Assembly (NCBI GenBank): GCA_950097015.1
Contig: CATNEN010000007.1
Location: 12,834,001 to 12,898,000, forward strand
Length of the DNA: 64,000 nucleotides
Direction: 5' to 3'
From: Macrostomum hystrix
Taxonomy: Eukaryota; Animalia; Platyhelminthes
Shown: positions 59,099 through 64,000 of the stretch, in pieces
How positions within the stretch are numbered: position 1 is the first letter of the stretch
Layout of the letters: every line of letters starts with the position of its first letter
Notes under the pieces: model-generated
Database searches by the model: none
The model's input: the letters and a program-made list of their open reading frames with translations, nothing else
What the model was told of the DNA's origin: nothing
Made by a program: the position numbers and the translations under genes

Positions 59099-59621
59099 AA
59101 ACCTAGGATGCAAAAGCCTTCATTTTAATCTAATTGACCATTAAGGCAATTCCAAAGAGAACAACAAGCTATTTGGTAGTTATGTAGGCACTATGTAGCA
59201 ATGATTTAGTACTTAAATGTTCTATCTATGACAGCTATTCAGACTACAGACTGGGGGCTGCAACATCTTTCTAAATTTGTACCTAAAATAACTAATGCTG
59301 TTGCAATTTTTTATAAAATAAAGTGAAGAAATTTTGATTTGCTTCTGATCATACCATGATATATATATATATATATATATATATGCCTTTATAGCTAGAA
59401 ACAAAAACTCTTCAGAAACTCTTCAAAACTTTTTTGTTAACTTGTCTTGAAAAAAATTATTAAGCAAATGTTTGATTACCACTTTGTTCTAAATATTGTT
59501 ATCACTACATTTAAAGTGTCTTCTATCTTCATCTCTATCCATTTTATAAATATTCTCAATAGACCAATAATAATAAATACAATGGCCACCGGCCACAAGT
59601 GGTCAGGAAAGGGGGACATTG

Positions 59622-60040
59622 TCAAAAAGCACGCTTAGCTGCGCAGTCTCTGATGAAGGTAGCACCATTGATCTGATCAGCCGCCCTGGTGTCTTCTGTC
59701 AGACAGTCGACGAACCTCGGGGTCCGCGCCTGCCCCTGCCGGAATGGGCCCTGCTGCGTGTACAGCAAGACCTCCTGCAGTGGCTCCGGGCAGTAGGACT
59801 CGAAGTGAATGCCGTGGCCCGCCAGCTTCAGGCGGCGCTGTCGCAGGGTCACACTGGGAGGGCTCAGCTTGACCTGCTGGTAGAGAGCCTGGTTGGTGAC
59901 GTGTTTGGCGTGACAGTACATGCTGAAGGCAGCGCGCAGAAGGCTGGAGTGCACCGCGTCCAGCTGGTGCTCCAGCACATCCATCATGGTCCAGGTCTTG
60001 GCATTGTAGAAGAGCACCGTTTCCACCACCGCCTGGAACT
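59622..60040 (-). mobile_element. 5'-truncated non-LTR retrotransposon (RTE-like) ORF C-terminus
   Basis: VVETVLFYNAKTWT...LLR...HVTNQALY...LRQRRLKLAGH matches the post-RT region pattern of RTE-clade elements. Confidence 0.8.
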
Positions 60041-61114
60041 GTTATGTCAGTAGTCAGTAGACCATAACAGTCTAAAAGTACTGATATAAAAGATTATAGA
60101 AGTCTGAAGCTAAAAAATTGAAATAGCTAACTAAAATCACAGAGAAATCAAAGATTTAAAAGAAAAAGAAAAAACATGGAGTTCTAAGTAGCATTACGTA
60201 TTCCCAAATATACAAATGTGAAATAAGACAAGCTCTCTCTAGAAAATATTGAGTACTAAAGAAGCAAAAAGCATATCAACGTTAGGTCGAAGCTCAAAAA
60301 TAAGTAATTAAAAAAGCCGCTCTTTAGTATCAGTAAAGAATTGAAATAATTGAAGTAGGTTGAATAAATTTGAAACTACCTGATAACTATCTATAGCTAG
60401 ACCAAATCAGCTCATGGAAAATATTAAAATGATAAATATATCTAACATACTATGTAAACTTATATATAAATTAAAATTTCTTATTGAGCATTGAAGGGCT
60501 CATGACGTCTTCATCTAGTTAATATAGAACCAAACTGAAAAAAAACCTCTCTTTAGTCTAAAGTTCTTAAAGCAAATTTTCATGTTTAATTTGACAATTT
60601 TAGTTTACATTTTTATCTTACAATTTTTTTAAACAAGACTTAATACATAAAAGCAGAAAATAGCATCCAAAGCACAAAAGTTACATTTTAAGTTGTTCAG
60701 TGTGAGTGCATTTCAAAGTTGTTTTTGCTTTTTTCTTGCTCTGTTCTTGTAAAACCGCTAAATTGAATATTTTGTAATAATCAAAGGCTGCTAAGTAGCA
60801 TTTAAGTTTATTTAATAAACTTTTAAGTTTTTTTAATTAAAACCGTCTGCTGCTTTTAAAACTAACGAGAGAAATAAATTTAATGTAATCACACTTCTTT
60901 TTTTGTTACTTTAGGTAAATAAATTATTTTAACTTAGCATTTTTTGTACATTTTTGTTCATTGCAGTCTTAGTATTCTTAATTATGTACTGAAGTAAAAG
61001 ACAAAGTAACTGATAAGTTACTGATAATTAAGTTACTAGGAGGCGTAAAGTTGCTGATAATAGTCGAAACTGCCTTTCTAAATATCACACATTTATTTTG
61101 CAAGTATTATATAA

Positions 61115-63965
<2,851 letters not shown>

Positions 63966-64000
63966 TAAGATCACAAGAATCAAACCGACTACCCCAAATG

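Overview
Eukaryotic (metazoan) genomic DNA: GC-rich exons, AT-rich spacers, GT-AG introns and about 40 unrelated minisatellite arrays. This architecture suggests a free-living flatworm such as Macrostomum; that is an inference, not a database match. The dominant feature is a ~44-kb tandem cluster (8.1-51.9 kb) of 18 divergent four-transmembrane CD20/MS4A-like loci plus one possible fragment. All but one are on the minus strand, and four are pseudogenes. They share a conserved TM scaffold, often a post-TM4 Cys cluster and a PPxY tail, and have a hypervariable second extracellular loop. Five members have no in-frame ATG in their N-terminal region and begin at a phase-0 splice acceptor, as expected if the start codon comes from a flatworm-type spliced leader ending in AUG. 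Also present: three secreted or GPI-type PAN/Apple-domain paralogs, GRWD1 (inside the cluster), a proline-rich gene with CPI/WH2-like motifs, the first three coding exons of KIFAP3, an orphan coiled-coil ORF, a Tc1/mariner remnant, two tRNA-type SINE families and an RTE-like LINE fragment. Most long ORFs in the track are artefacts of tandem repeats or antisense shadows of GC-rich exons.
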